Shown here piece after piece: positions 36,036 to 49,123 of a DNA stretch of 64,000 nucleotides (its first letter is position 1; each line of letters opens with the position of its first letter). This stretch comes from Dipteris shenzhenensis. Lineage: Eukaryota. The stretch lies in NCBI GenBank assembly GCA_047967505.1, contig CM106538.1; one strand, 5' to 3'. A program made the translations under genes and the position numbers. The notes below the pieces were generated by a model. The model ran no database searches and had not been told where the DNA came from. It saw only the letters and a program-made list of their open reading frames with translations.

Positions 36036-37078
36036 TTTTGGTATCAGAGCAAGACAAGCTCCGCGATCAACTCCTCCTGCTCCGACCAGCTCCTTCTGCC
36101 GTACAACAACCCTCTGCTGTACAGCTTTGTCTTGCCATACAGGCTCGTCCGTATGGTACATGTCTGTACACACTCAACGCCGTACTGCCGTATAGATTCT
36201 GTATGCTCCAGCATAAGTACCTGCATGTGCGACAATACTTCGTCCGTACATACCGCCGTACACGCAACCAAGCTTCCCTACCAGTGCACGTGCACTACCC
36301 GTCCGTACAATGAATCTGTAGGCACCGTACCAGTCCGTATGCTGATAGTTCTTCCATACGTTGCCTGATCGTACATCTGACCGTCAGTACAGTTACAGCA
36401 CGTGATTGCACCGTACAGTGCACGGTGTCCGTACACATCTTCGTAAAACAGTCCGTACATTTTGTATAACTTGAACGGGACTGCTGCTTCATTTGCAGGA
36501 GGTGTGGTGAAGAAGGCTTTCTGTGCAGGTTCTTTTCTCTTTAAAGTCACCTTGCAGGGTCTTCTTGCAGGTGCATTTTGCAAGGATAGCCATTGTTTCG
36601 TAGATCTGTTGGAAGAGAAATTTAGGGCAAATTCTCTTGCTTTGCAAGCTTTGCAAATAAATCTGCAAATTTGGGGCTTTTGCAAGCAAATTGCAAAATT
36701 TGGGGCTTTCAGTAAATTTGCCCTCTTTCGGTTGCAATTTCCTGCAAGAATTTGGGGCTTTTGGCATTTAGATGCAATTTTGCAGTGTACAAGCTGTTTG
36801 GCATCTTTGTAGGCAATTTTGGACTCAGTTTGAGTGACATTGCAGACATTTGGCATTTTTGCAGTATTATTTTGGCAGTTTTTGGGTTGTGCATCTGAAA
36901 TCCCAGGAAGAGATATTTCTTGTCACATTTGCTGCATTTTGTTTTCTTTGCCAGTTGTGGCCCAAAACAATCCCAATGAAGTATTTGGCATCCTCACATA
37001 TGAGGATAAGCTGGATGGTACCAATTACTCTTTATGGTACGCAATATTTTAGTTGGCAAACATTTGTGGGATTATGTC

Positions 37079-40000
37079 TGATACGCGAAAATCTGCTTGC
37101 TCCTAAACTCTTACGTTGAATCACGGGTGCAGGCACATTCAATAACCTCCCAGCCAACCTCGGTGGTAGCAAGCTCTCCTATATCCAAATCAGTTGTTAC
37201 GTGAAGCTCCTGCCTACTAAATTCCACCAAGCCCCAAAATTCCCCAGATGGATCTAGTATGCCACATGTCTTCTTTCTAGGGTCCCTCCTTAATGCATCA
37301 TTTACCCCTCTCTTGGGATATCATTAAAACCATTTGCCCCTAGGCACATTTAATGCATTTAGGTCCCTTAGCCTTAGATCCACCTAGTCTAGTGCCATGT
37401 CACCCTCACCAAGGACCTTGACCTTTATTCCTTTTTGATCATTTACATGAAGCCCAAACAAATATAATACAAACATTGATTCTTTAAAGGAAAATGCCGA
37501 CTGACCCTTCCGAGGTCATGTTACCTCGACTTGAGCGTAACATTCCTTCCCTCTTCAGGCATCAACGTCCTCGATGATAAAGTCTCAGAACACTCTCCAT
37601 ACCTGGTATACGGATTCCCAGGTAGCTTCTGATAGAGGTAGACCATGCCATGCAACCAACACTGTGGGTATCTTCCGATTGCGCACTTGCATTGTTCCTC
37701 GGTCCAGGATTCCTGTTGGTTTGCATCTTGCATTATCCTCTATCTCCTGAAACAAAACAACACCCTCGATTAGTGAGTCACCTGTATGCAAAAATTTCTT
37801 TAAACGAGAAACATGAAACACTGGGTGCATCTTACAACCCTGTAACAATTCTAATTTATAGGCTACCTTGCCTATTCATTTTAGAATTAACCATGGCCCA
37901 CAATATCGAGGTGATAATTTAGCACACTCTTATGCAGTCAAAGACTTAGAGTGCGAAGGAACTCTGAGAAAAACATTTTCTCCTTCCTTAAATTCTCTAG
38001 CAGATCAATTTTCATCCGCATACACCTTAGCTCTATCCATAGCTTGGCGGATGTTAGCTCTCGCAAGTGCTAGCATCTCCCGCATCTGAGATCATTCTGA
38101 TTAGGTACTACTACCGTGCCATTTCTTTTCAGCATACCATCCCGCAATGCCACTTGCATCGGTTTCAAGGAAAAACAGTCTCTGGGGATCAACTATTTTT
38201 AACACCGGTTCTGAGACCACAGCTTGTTTTATGATGTTAAAACTTTCCTGTTGATTCTGTCCCCATATAAAAGGTACTTTATCTGAGGTCAGATCAGTCA
38301 ATGGCGATACTATTTCGGAATATCCTTTGATATGCGTTCAATAAAATTGGACAAATCCCAAGAATGATCGCAAAGCGGTTAAACTCTCTGGGATTGGCCA
38401 AGTCAGTATCGCAGCACTTTCTTTGGATCCATTTCTACCCCCTGAGGAGTAATTATGAATCCTAAGTATTCAAGTCTTACCATACATAGTATAGTTTTCT
38501 TTGTATTTACATAAAGACTGGCTTTCCTCAAAGTACTGAACACTATTCTTAAGTGTTCATGATGCTCAGTAATACTTTCAGTAATGCTCAATAATGCGGA
38601 CGTAGTAAGTCGTTCATAAGCATGACGAATGTAGCTGGAGCATTGGTAAGTCCAAAGGGCATTACCAAAAACTCATAATGTCCAAACCTGCTTCTAAACG
38701 CGGTTTTATGCACATCCTCGGCTCTAATACGGATCTGATGGTAGCCACATTTGAGATCTATCTTACTAAAAATTACGGCCCCATGTAATGCATCTAGCAA
38801 ATCATCGATCCGAGCCATCGGATACCTGTGCTTACTAGTGATATTATTCAATGCTTTGTAATCTATACAGAGGCGAAAAGTATCATCGTTCTTCTTCTTT
38901 AATATCAATGGCGAAGCAAAAGGTGAGAAACTTAGTTCAATCTGCCCCAACTTGAGGTATTCTTCCAGTTGTCTTCGCACCTCCGCCTCTTCAGTAAAAC
39001 TCAACCTATAGGGAGGTCTATTTACAGGTTCTGCCCCCGGGATTAGTTCAATCTTATGTTGAACATTCCGCTCTGGAGGTAACCCATAAGGTAGCTCATC
39101 CCTAAAACAATCAGAGCACTCTTCTGCTATTTGATCAGCCAGCTTGGCCATCTCTCCATTCTGAGCAACATCAGTGCTAGCCGAAGAATCATCAATCGGC
39201 TCTACCGATGCTGTACAAAGAAACAAAAACTCTTCTTGAGCTTTTCGATCCCTTTCACCTCGTAAGACATACAACACATCATTCATCTTGAATTGATAAA
39301 TGTGCTTTTTCCAATCTATGGCTGGATTCTTCCTAGAATGCCAAGCCTTACCCAAGGCTATGTCTACATGAGCAAGCTTAGTCATTTCAAAATCAAGCTT
39401 CTCAGCAAAGTCCTGAATTCGAAGCTCCAACTGGGTAACCCTTTAGTCCCATACTTAAGTTGAACTTCCATCTGCCATTCTGACTGTATATGCATAGTCA
39501 GATGGGCTAGTCTTTAGTTTCAGCCTCTTTACAAGCTTGGAGTTAATTACATTGTGCGTTGACGCTGAGTCTGACAACACAATGACATCATGATTAGCTA
39601 CTTGCCCTTTCATCTTAATTAACTCCGTATCATTGAAGGCTGTATACCCCGTTGCTGTGGGCTTTGACAGGATATTATTAGGTGCACTAGTTACTAACTT
39701 AGCAATAGACACACATAACAAAAAAGGTACTGACCTTTGAGAAGATCCCGCTAGCTGAATCTGCATCTGTTCTGCTCTGGGACTTCCCTCCATTTCTACG
39801 TCGCATTTTGAGACCACCATCTCAGTCATCCGACGATCTTTGTTTCGTGGAGAATCTTTCCACTGATGAGGCTGAAGGCAACCAAAACACAAGTCTTCTC
39901 TCCTCGCTTTTTCCCTTTGCTCTTCGTTCAAAGAAGACTTCAACCAAGCCCGGGCTGCCATTGGTATTACTTTTCTTTTCATTCCAATGGTGGTACTTGA

Positions 40001-41764
40001 TTTAGGAGTCTCAACTGGTTTCGCCTGCTTGGCTTGACCACTAGGCTGTGAGGCACTCCCTTTGCTAATCCACTTCTTCTTAAACCCAGTTTTCTTCAGG
40101 TACCTATACTGAGTCCCAACCTACACAAACCCACTTGGTCTCTTCCCTTTTGCATCCTCATAGTTCAGGGCTATGGCTATTGCTTCATCTAGCGTGTTCG
40201 CATACTTAGCCCGAACTTTGATCTTTATCCGATCATTCAATCCAAAGATAAAATCTTTTACTTGGATTGACTGAGGTAGGGGTTCATCAACCTTCATTAT
40301 ACTTTCTCTAAACTTATCAGTGTATTCCGCCACTGATAAATTTCTCTGCCGAAGGTTTCGATACTGATCCCAAGCTCGGGATGCTTCTTCAGGAGGTAGG
40401 AAGTGTTTTCTAAATTCCTTTTTAAACCCCTCCCAAGTAGTGGATGCTACTCCATCTTTCTGCTGTTTTATCCACCACCTATCCGCTGCCTCATTAAACA
40501 TATGGGTGGCCTCGCGGATTTTCTTCATATCATTCCTGATTTCACAAATGGCGAAGGCCTCGTCCCATTTGTGTAACCAGGTCTCAATGATATCGGAACT
40601 ACGGTTAGACATCCGACCAGAATACTTTTCTGGCCTATAATTGGCAATATTAGGCACCTTAGCCCTCCTAGGCTCGACCGTACGAACACTGGACTCCGGT
40701 TCCATCGGCGATTTACCTTTCTCCTCACGAGATGGTCTAGCAGACATACTATGCACCATTTTCTTGAGCTTAGACTGCCCTACATTTGTTTGTAACTATT
40801 GCGCTAAAATCTGTTACAAGGCATCCTCTAACATTGCGATTTTGCCAGACAGTGTATGACCTGCTGGGCGCGACACCTGCGGGGTCGGCCAGACTCCCGA
40901 CTCTACGGGATCCATCCTAGAAGAAGCTTCTTCTACTTGCATTAGGTCAATGGGTGTGTGTTTAGAAAAATTAAAAAAATAATAATAATAATAAAACACC
41001 GCTTGAAACTGTAATTACAAATCACAAGTCCAACTTCCAAATGTATAGCTAACCAGGCATATATCACACTGTAACCAAACCCGCTTTTCCCTATACTAGG
41101 GAAACTCCTGCAATCCTCCTCAAGCCCGTCCAAAGGCATAATTTTTTTCCCAATCCAGCTCACACACCTCGAAACATATACCCATGCAGGTGACGGGATA
41201 TCTCCAAGCGCACGTAGCAATCCCTTTGATCTTTCTGCTTCCACTCCGCGTAGCAGTTTCCCATCACGACGCTTGATTCGACCAACGCTCTGATACCAAA
41301 TGATACGCGAAAATCTGCTTGCTCCTAAACTCTTACGTCAAATCACGGGTGCATGCACATTCAATAACCTCCCAGCCAACCTCGGTGGTAGCAAGATCTC
41401 CTATATCCAAATCAATTGTTACGTGAAGCTCCTGCCTACTAAATTCCACCAAGCCCCAAAATTCCCTAGATGGATCTCGTATGCCACATGTCTTCTTTCT
41501 AGGGTCCCTCCTTAATGCATCATTTACCCCTCTCTTGGGATATCATTAAAACCATTTGCCCCTAGGCACATTTAATGCATTTAGGTCCCTTAGCCTTAGA
41601 TCCACCTAGTCTAGTGCCATGTCACCCTCACCAAGGACCTTGACCTTTATTCCTTTTTTATCATTTACATGAAGCCCAAACAAATATAATACAAACATTG
41701 ATCCTTTAAAGAAAAATGCCGACTGACCCTTCCAAGGTCATGTTACCTCGACTTGAGCGTAACA
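37079..41764 (-). mobile_element. Ty3/gypsy chromovirus C (gypsy A-related), both LTRs, internally deleted; nested in copia C gag
   Basis: 464-bp LTRs at 37079-37542 and 41301-41764; TSD ATGTC at 37074-37078 and 41765-41769; PBS reverse complement 41287-41298; PPT reverse complement 37543-37556; gag 40121-40759, PR/RT 38403-39982; most of RNaseH and the integrase core are missing. Confidence 0.96.
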
Positions 41765-43579
41765 ATGTCATTGGGGATGAGACACGGCCAGCGGTTGCAC
41801 TTGTCACTCCTCCTCAACAAGGTGGAGGAAGGGATAGAGGACAAGCTTAGGGTGCAGGACAAGTGCTAGGTGCAGTGGTGCCTCCCACACAAGAACAGAA
41901 AAGGTGGGATTCACGTGATGCACAAGCACTTTCAGTCTTCTCTCTTTTTGTCAAAAGGTTTATTATACCGCACATTCGGTCATGCAAGACCTCAAAGGCA
42001 GCTTGGGATATTTTGGAGAGTATGTTTGCGGCCCACAATGATGCCAGGGTATCTTTCTTGAAGAGAGAGTTGACTCATATTCATATGGATGAGGGTGACT
42101 CTATGTCTGAACACCTAACTAAATTTCAGGATTTCTAAGAGCAATTGTTCAATATTGATGAGATCACTCCAGATTGAGAGATGGTTACTACCACTTTGAA
42201 TTCTCTTCCTGAGTCTTATCTTGGTTTTCATACCTCATTGAACTTGTCTTTGAGGGGAGGTGGCAACCCTCTCACGTTTCATGAGTTGATAGGGCTTTTG
42301 TTGCAGGAAGAACATGGCTTCACGGGGCTGCTGAGTATGCCATGCTTTCGAAATTCAAGTCTCTCCTCCTCCTCCTCTCCCCTCTCCTCTCCTCAAGTCG
42401 CTAGAGTGACACTAATGGACGGCATTTGCATGCATTGCTCTCCAAAACTAAGAATGATGCAGAGAAGCCCATGAAAAAGGGCGTTTTGTCATTATTGTAA
42501 GAAGCCGGGTCACTACATAGGAGAGTGCAAGAAAAGAATTGCCAAAGTAAAGAAAAAGGATTCAAGTATGGCTGTCACAGATTCAGCTCCTCGTGCACAT
42601 GATGGTGGTGATGCTTCAGCCAACTTAGTGGAGGAAGACTATGCCTTTTTTACTTGCATTTCTTTTGATTTTCACGTGGCTGCCCCGGATACTACAGCCA
42701 CATCTGAGAGTGACTCTTATGCTTTTCTGACTTGCAGTTATGATCCTTCTAAGGATGCATGCACTTTCAATGTCAATGAGACATTGAACAATTGGTACTT
42801 TGATAGTGGTGCCACCAAACATATCGTTTCCAGGAAGTGTTTGTTTGATTCTCTGCATCCATCACCCGCTGGAAAAAGGGTGTCTTGTGCAAATGATTCT
42901 TCTTATTCAGTTTGTGGTATTGGTGAGATTCGCTAGAAAAAGGGTGTCTTGTGCAAATGATTCTTCTTATTCAGTTTGTGGTATTGGTGAGATTGTACTT
43001 ACAGCCACAGATGGCACAAATTTCAGAATTCATGATGTGCTTTATGTACTTGGAATCAAGAAGAATTTGCTTTCAGTGTCCTCTCTCAATAAAAGAGGAT
43101 TTCAGGTTGTCTTTGAAGATAACAAGTGTGCAGATCAAGATAGAGAAGATGATTATGCCTTGAGACTATCTGGCATGCTGTTTTGTGGTCTTTTTCAGCT
43201 TGATATTTTTGAGAAAAGATCAGATAATGCAATTGCAGTTTCTACTCCCATTGTTGCTATGCAGAATGCGGAGTTGTGGCATGCCAGATATAGACATATG
43301 AGTTATGGCATCTTGATGCCACTTCAAAAACACTCTATGGTTGATGCTTTGCCTCCCTTGGAGTCACCTCGCCCTCATGCCTGTGAAGGGTGCATACTTG
43401 GGAAGATGCACAGGTTTCCCTTCAAGAAGGATGGTGCAGTAAGGGCTTTTTGGTGATTGGTTGGCATGTGCTCCACTGACTGTTGACTGAGTGTTTGTTT
43501 TTGGAAGGATTCTGCATGGGCTTGGATTCGCCTTCGCCCTCCCATCTTACCTTTTGCCAAAGCCACCTTCTCTTCCCCT

Positions 43580-44960
43580 CTGGCTAGTGATCAAGCCTTT
43601 GCTGCCCAACATAAACACAAAGGAAAAGGCAAGGTTTCAGCTGGTAAACCCCCTCATTCACATGCTGATCATTCTCATGGTGCCTCTTCTTTGGGGGATA
43701 ACAAAAAGAAGACGAGATGTAACTATTGCAGAAAACCTGGGCATGATATCTCTAAATGCAGGAAGAGAATTGCATCTGAAAAGAAGAAGAAAGAGTCTAG
43801 TCTTGCAGTATTTGGTTCTCATAGTGTAGACGATCGACATGAGTCAACTAATTTTGCACAAGACCAACATTGGGATTTCTTGGTTACATGTCAGTATAAT
43901 CCTGATGTTCATGATGCCTGCATGGCAATTTCTGATGTTCATGATGCTTGGTTCTTTGATAGTGGTGCTAGCAAGCACATTACTCCTGCAGGAAGTTATT
44001 CAGCTCACTAGAGCATACATCTAAGGGAGGGAGTGTCACATGTGCCAATAATGCATCATATACCGTGAAAGGTGTTGGGCAAGTTGCTCTTACTTCTGTT
44101 TCTGATAGTCTTGTCACTCTAGAGAATGTGCTTTATGTCCCAGGCATTCGCAAGAACCTCATTTCTATTTCAGCCATAGCTACATGTGGCTATCATGTTC
44201 TTTTTGATGGTGTTCAGTGTGCAGTGTATGATGCTACACATGTCTTAACCATGGTCTTAACTGACACATTGACTAGAGGTTTGTATAGACTTAATGCTTA
44301 TGATAGATGTTTGGATGATGCTGCACTTGCAGATGCACATGCCTTTGCTCTTGATTCTTCTACCATGGCAGACATCCATTTGTGGCATGAGAGGTTTGGA
44401 CACCTCAACTTTCCCAAGGATGGGAGAGTTGGTGCTTCACGCAAGCTTTATCTGGTTCATAGTGATGTTTGTGGATCCTTGGTGTGGATGACATGCTTGT
44501 GACTCGGACACATGCTAAGGAAATTGCAGATTTTAAGCTTGCATAAGACAATTGCTATGTCTGATCTTGGTCTTTTGCACTACTATCTGGGCATCCAATT
44601 TGCTAGCAGTGAGGGGGGCATTTTGATGTCATAATCCAAGTAAATTGGACAAATTTTGCAGCGTTTTCAGTTTGAGGATTGCAAGCTACTATCCACACCA
44701 TTAGAGCTTGGTTTTCACTTCTCTTCTGAGGATGGCAACGGTGCATGTCACTCTCTACCGAGACCTGATTTACAGTATGCTGTCTCACAATTGAGTAGAT
44801 ATATGCACCATCCCTCTACGCACCATTGGCATGCTGTGAAGCGTGTCTTATGGTATCTCAAAGGCACTGAACATTTGGGCCTTCTTTATGAGGCTGATAC
44901 TTCACTTGTTATGCATGGATTCACTGATAGTGATTGGGCTGCCTGTTCGGACTCCAATGG
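43580..44960 (+). pseudogene. Highly deleted copia gag-pol fragment (copia B-like)
   Basis: CNYCRKPGHDISKC, WFFDSGASKH, LWHERFGHLN, LVHSDVCG, RPDLQYAVSQLSRY, FTDSDWA. Confidence 0.8.
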
Positions 44961-45494
44961 CTCCAACTGCAGGAGAACGGGAAGTCTCCTTGAGGAGAAA
45001 TATCCCAAGATAGTATGACTCCTTGAGCTTTACACTCTCTTGACTTGATGATGGAGGATATTGCAACGCTGCCTTGGGTGTCCGTTGTGGTAAAAAAAGC
45101 AATGCAGTTAGTGACTTATATCACTCGTAAGCCACATGCACTATATACCTAGATTAATCCAGGAACATTCCCAAACTCATCCTCTAAAAACACAACATAG
45201 TGCAGTTTCAATCTCACGATAGTCACTCATAAGATTGAAAACCATAAACTCCATCATGCATAGCACTCGTAAGCCACATGCACTAGCCCTATTTAGAAGG
45301 GAGTGCACGTGGGAGCTTGTGAGACCCTCGAAGACATGCTTTGGCTGCACTTTCTTGGTTCTTAGTAGGTATGAAATTTGAATCATGAATCATCATTCAA
45401 ATTTTCATTCATCAAATTATCGATTGTTTAAATTTGTTTATAATTCTTTCTTGGAAATTTCTTATTCACCAAGGACTCACAAAGGGCTTAATTT

Positions 45495-46430
45495 TCATAG
45501 GCTAGTTAAGACCAAAGAGAGCCTTCGGCGAATGATGACCAGTCCAGATTGGTTGGACTGCAATGACTCAATATTGCCTGCTGGACAGAATGTGGGAATT
45601 GTCTTCGATAATCAGTGTTGGCAGCCCTTTGCATTTAGATGTCCATAGAGCCCTTGTACTTTGTGCTTCGACTCTTCGACCACGAGGATTGTACTATGGG
45701 ACTGCTATATGAGTTTATGCTGAGGCTCCGAAAAGCCACGGAGGATTGCCCTATCCTCGAGAAGAGGAGGTAAAAACAAAAGTCTTGTAGCTTACCCTTA
45801 TTACTTAATATTAAGTCATGATTCCTCTAAGCCCTTAGCTCTAAGTTCTAACTTGAATTCTGTTGGTAAACCCTACATTTTCAGAAAAGATGACATATAA
45901 GGGATTTGGAGGAAGAGATGGGATTAGTTTCATAGGCCGATCCACACTGTTGCACATATTCTCCATCCCTTGTGGAAGGAGCTTGCTAAATGGAATGATT
46001 GCGTGCTTGTGAGCGAATGGACCCAGTACTTGGAGAAAGTATGCAAGCCATCGGTCCAAAATAGGTAAGCCTTGAGGTGATTTAAAAATCTAGATTTAAG
46101 TTAGTAAGTTACTGCAGCCTGCAGTAGTCTAATTGCTTTATATTATCTAATTATTTATATTGTCTTTTTTGTATTGCAAATTGCAATAGAATTAAAGATC
46201 GTATAGTGGAGGTTCGCAATGACACGGGTCGCTTCTCCCGTGCAATTCAAGGAAAGAGACAACTGGTTGTTGGCTCTTAATTAGTGAAAGAAATTTGGGA
46301 TTTTGAATCCCTCATTGCAGACCCTAGCTCTTCGCATCCTCTCACAGAATTGCACATCAGGTCCATCTGAAAGAACATGGAGTATACGTGCAGACATACA
46401 CACTAGGAAGAGAAACAAGAAACTTCTTAA
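45495..46430 (+). pseudogene. hAT-superfamily transposase remnant (with intron-like interruptions)
   Basis: RLVKTKESLRRMMTSPDW; EPLYFVLRLFD...MGLLYE; RWD*FHRPIHTVAHILHP; hAT dimerisation motif LQTLALRILSQNCTSGPSERTWS (~46314-46383). Confidence 0.8.
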
Positions 46431-46465
46431 TTGCTTAGTCAATAAGTTTAGACTGGCAGTTAAAT

Positions 46466-48738
46466 TTTGACCATTATGATCGGACATGTCATGTCCAAGA
46501 TTTATGCATCAGTGCTTAATTCTGAGGTTAGCCAATTCGTAGAGATGCAGGGACCTGGGAGCAAATGGACAGGCTGGAATCCGACGTGATCATGGGACCA
46601 TGGATCACATTCTCACACTTAAGTGTATCATTGAGGAGGCGACGACACGGAAACAGAGGGTTTATTGCTGCTTTGTGGACTTTCGCAAAGCTTTCGATAC
46701 GGTTCCGAAAGTCTACCTCATCAAGCGTCTGCAGGACTTGAGTTATGACCAAAAGATCACTTGAACTGTCATGGCACTTTATGAGAGGGTCTCAGGCAGA
46801 GTTCAGATAAGGTCTGGACGGACAAATGAGATCACAAGTACTATTGGGGTCAAGCAAGGGTGTCCTTTATCACCAACCTTGTTTGGCCTATACATTGATG
46901 AGCTTGAGACACTTATGCAAACAACGAGGGGGGGGGGGGTGGATGCTCTCTCGCCGGCACTCTAATTCAGATCTTGTTATATGGAGATGACGTGGCACTC
47001 TTATCTTCCTCAGCAAAGGGTCTCTAGAGACACCTAGATGCACTACAGTCCTTTTGTGATTCCCATGATTTGAAGGTCAACCTTGGTAAAACCAAGGTCA
47101 TGATCTTCACACCTCCCAAGCTGCTATGCACCAGGAGCAGTTCACTTTCGACGGGTTGCTGAGTCAGGTTGTTTCGTCATATACATATCTAGGGGTTCTC
47201 TTCTCTAGACCTATCTTTACTATAAGACCGGCGATGCAGGCCCGACTGAGTAGAGGATACACTTCATTGGCTAGATTAGAGAGGCAATGCTTCCGCTCAC
47301 ATTTTCAGGACCCTCGGACCAAGGGCTTTCTTTTTGACTCCTTGGTCCGTCCAACAGGGATGTATGGCAGCCCTAGTTGGGGGGCGGATCTATCAGATAT
47401 AGAGTGGGCTTGAGTGGAGCGCGTACAGGTTCTCATGCTATCACGGATGATTCACAATAAGCCGTCATTCCTCACCAGATCATTCTGGCTGAGTTTGGGT
47501 CATCTCCACTACAGCTTGATGCAACATTTCAGATTATCACCTACCTATATCGGGCCAGAGGGTACGGAGATTGCACTTCTGGATGCAGCAAATTACCATG
47601 GCCAGCATTGTCCTCCTCTATGGCACTATCAGCAGCAAGTGATTAAAGATGTTGGTTTGTACGCAAAGAGAGATGGTTTGAGCGACTGGGACTCCACATG
47701 GATAGACTCCCCCCTTTCTAGTATAGCATTGACGCGCCTTTTCCCCCTCTTGTCTCATGAGGTCAACCAGGTCATTCGTGAGGATCTTTTGCAACTACAC
47801 ACATTCAGGACCTAGTTGGGATTGAGCGAGCTTCCAGTGAAGCTCAGCTTCTACAGAGATCATTGTTTACATATCACAGCGGAGGGTTTTATCGACCCAC
47901 TAGGATATACGCAGATCAACCTATCCCACTCACTGAGGATCTCTATTAGGTAGTTTCGGGTCTCTTCACATAGACTTCACATTGAGAGTAGCAGGGCTGA
48001 GGGTTTGCCCAGGGAGAGGCCCACATGCACATTATGTGACATCCAAGAGATTGAGCCAGAGGAGCATTTCATTTTTAGATGCCCAGTATACTATGAGATC
48101 TAAGGACGCTTCTATTGCCTCTTCAGAGATAGTTCTGGAATATTGTCCCGCTTTCTCTCCTTTCCAGACCAAATATGCTTAGCCGCCTTTGATCATAGAG
48201 ACATGAGCATACCTCCTTGACAGACTCTTCACAGAGTTCGATCACTGAGTTCTTTCGACCAGACCATGCGCGCTCCCACACTACGAGGCCCCGCCATGAT
48301 CGTGACATAGAGCCAGTGACACGATAGCTCAGACAAAGGATTGATGCACAGATTACGCTTGGGGATATTTATTCTCTGTTCAGAGTTGTAGCCCTTATCA
48401 GATGTAGAGCTAGGAGACGACATAGGACCACGTCCGCGGACAGCTGCCGGCACTCTATCTCTGACTTTATGCCCTCTCTACCTCATCCCCCTCGACGCTC
48501 TGATGATGAGGACTTAGTGTTGTGTAGGTGATCATCATTCTGACATGACTATGTAAGCACTCAGCACTTATCATTTTGACATGACTATGTAGCACTCAGC
48601 ACTTATCATTTGCATTCTGCATTGGAGTGGATGCTCGTTTAGTAGCTCCACCCACACAGCTTGTTTGTATCAAGATTTTTCACAGTCTCATAGACCCATC
48701 GGTCTTTCGAAGACTTTAATAAACTTTCTTTCTTTCTT
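46466..48738 (+). mobile_element. 5'-truncated, degenerate LINE of the same group (RT to 3' end)
   Basis: TIMIGHVMSKIYASVL, FVDFRKAFD, GVKQGCPLSPTLFGLYIDELE, YTYLG, LERQCFRSHFQDP; 3' stem-loop GTCTCATAGACCCATCGGTCTTTCGAAGAC followed by TTAATAAA(CTTT)n. Confidence 0.88.
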
Positions 48739-49123
48739 AAGTTGTGAGAATTGACTTCTTTGTCCTTTATAAATTATGTCGCGTTGAGCGTGGAGCAGCT
48801 CAATAGGTTGTTGTTTGTAAATGCGAACCTATGTCTGCTTGAGACGTGCAGGTCTGCAAATGGTACTGGCAACCTTGAGTAGAAATCGGAGCAAGTTATA
48901 CCGACAAGATAAAGCTGAAACCTGTCGAAATGTCTACCATCTAGCGAAATTGAGAGAATGACGATGCCTATGAATTCTTGCAAAGGATACACTTTGATTC
49001 TGACGTCAGACACGTTCGATGGCTTGAGCTCGTGCACCACGAGTAACTACTGTAGAAAGAAAGAAAGAAAGTAACGTTCGATGGCTCGAGCTCTTGCACC
49101 ACGAGTAACTATGGTACTACTGC

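Larger units (their letters stand above)
35786..43456 (+). mobile_element. Ty1/copia element C (copia A-related): 5' LTR, PBS, leader, gag-PR-pre-integrase; split by gypsy C, 3'-truncated
   Basis: LTR 35786-36035, PBS TGGTATCAGAGC 36039-36050, EDKLDGTNYSLW at ~37000; resumes at 41770 with gag, CHYCKKPGH, WYFDSGAT, LWHARY, CEGCILGK. A 64-bp tandem duplication lies at 42867-42994. Confidence 0.88.

Noticed and set aside
35926-36856. Several overlapping Cys/Thr/Tyr-rich ORFs
   Set aside because: Artefacts of the CCGTAC-repeat and TTTGCA-repeat copia leader.
48740-49120. Unassigned segment with a ~37-bp duplication flanking (AGAA)n
   Set aside because: No recognisable motif; probably a repair or target-site by-product between two converging LINE-type tails.
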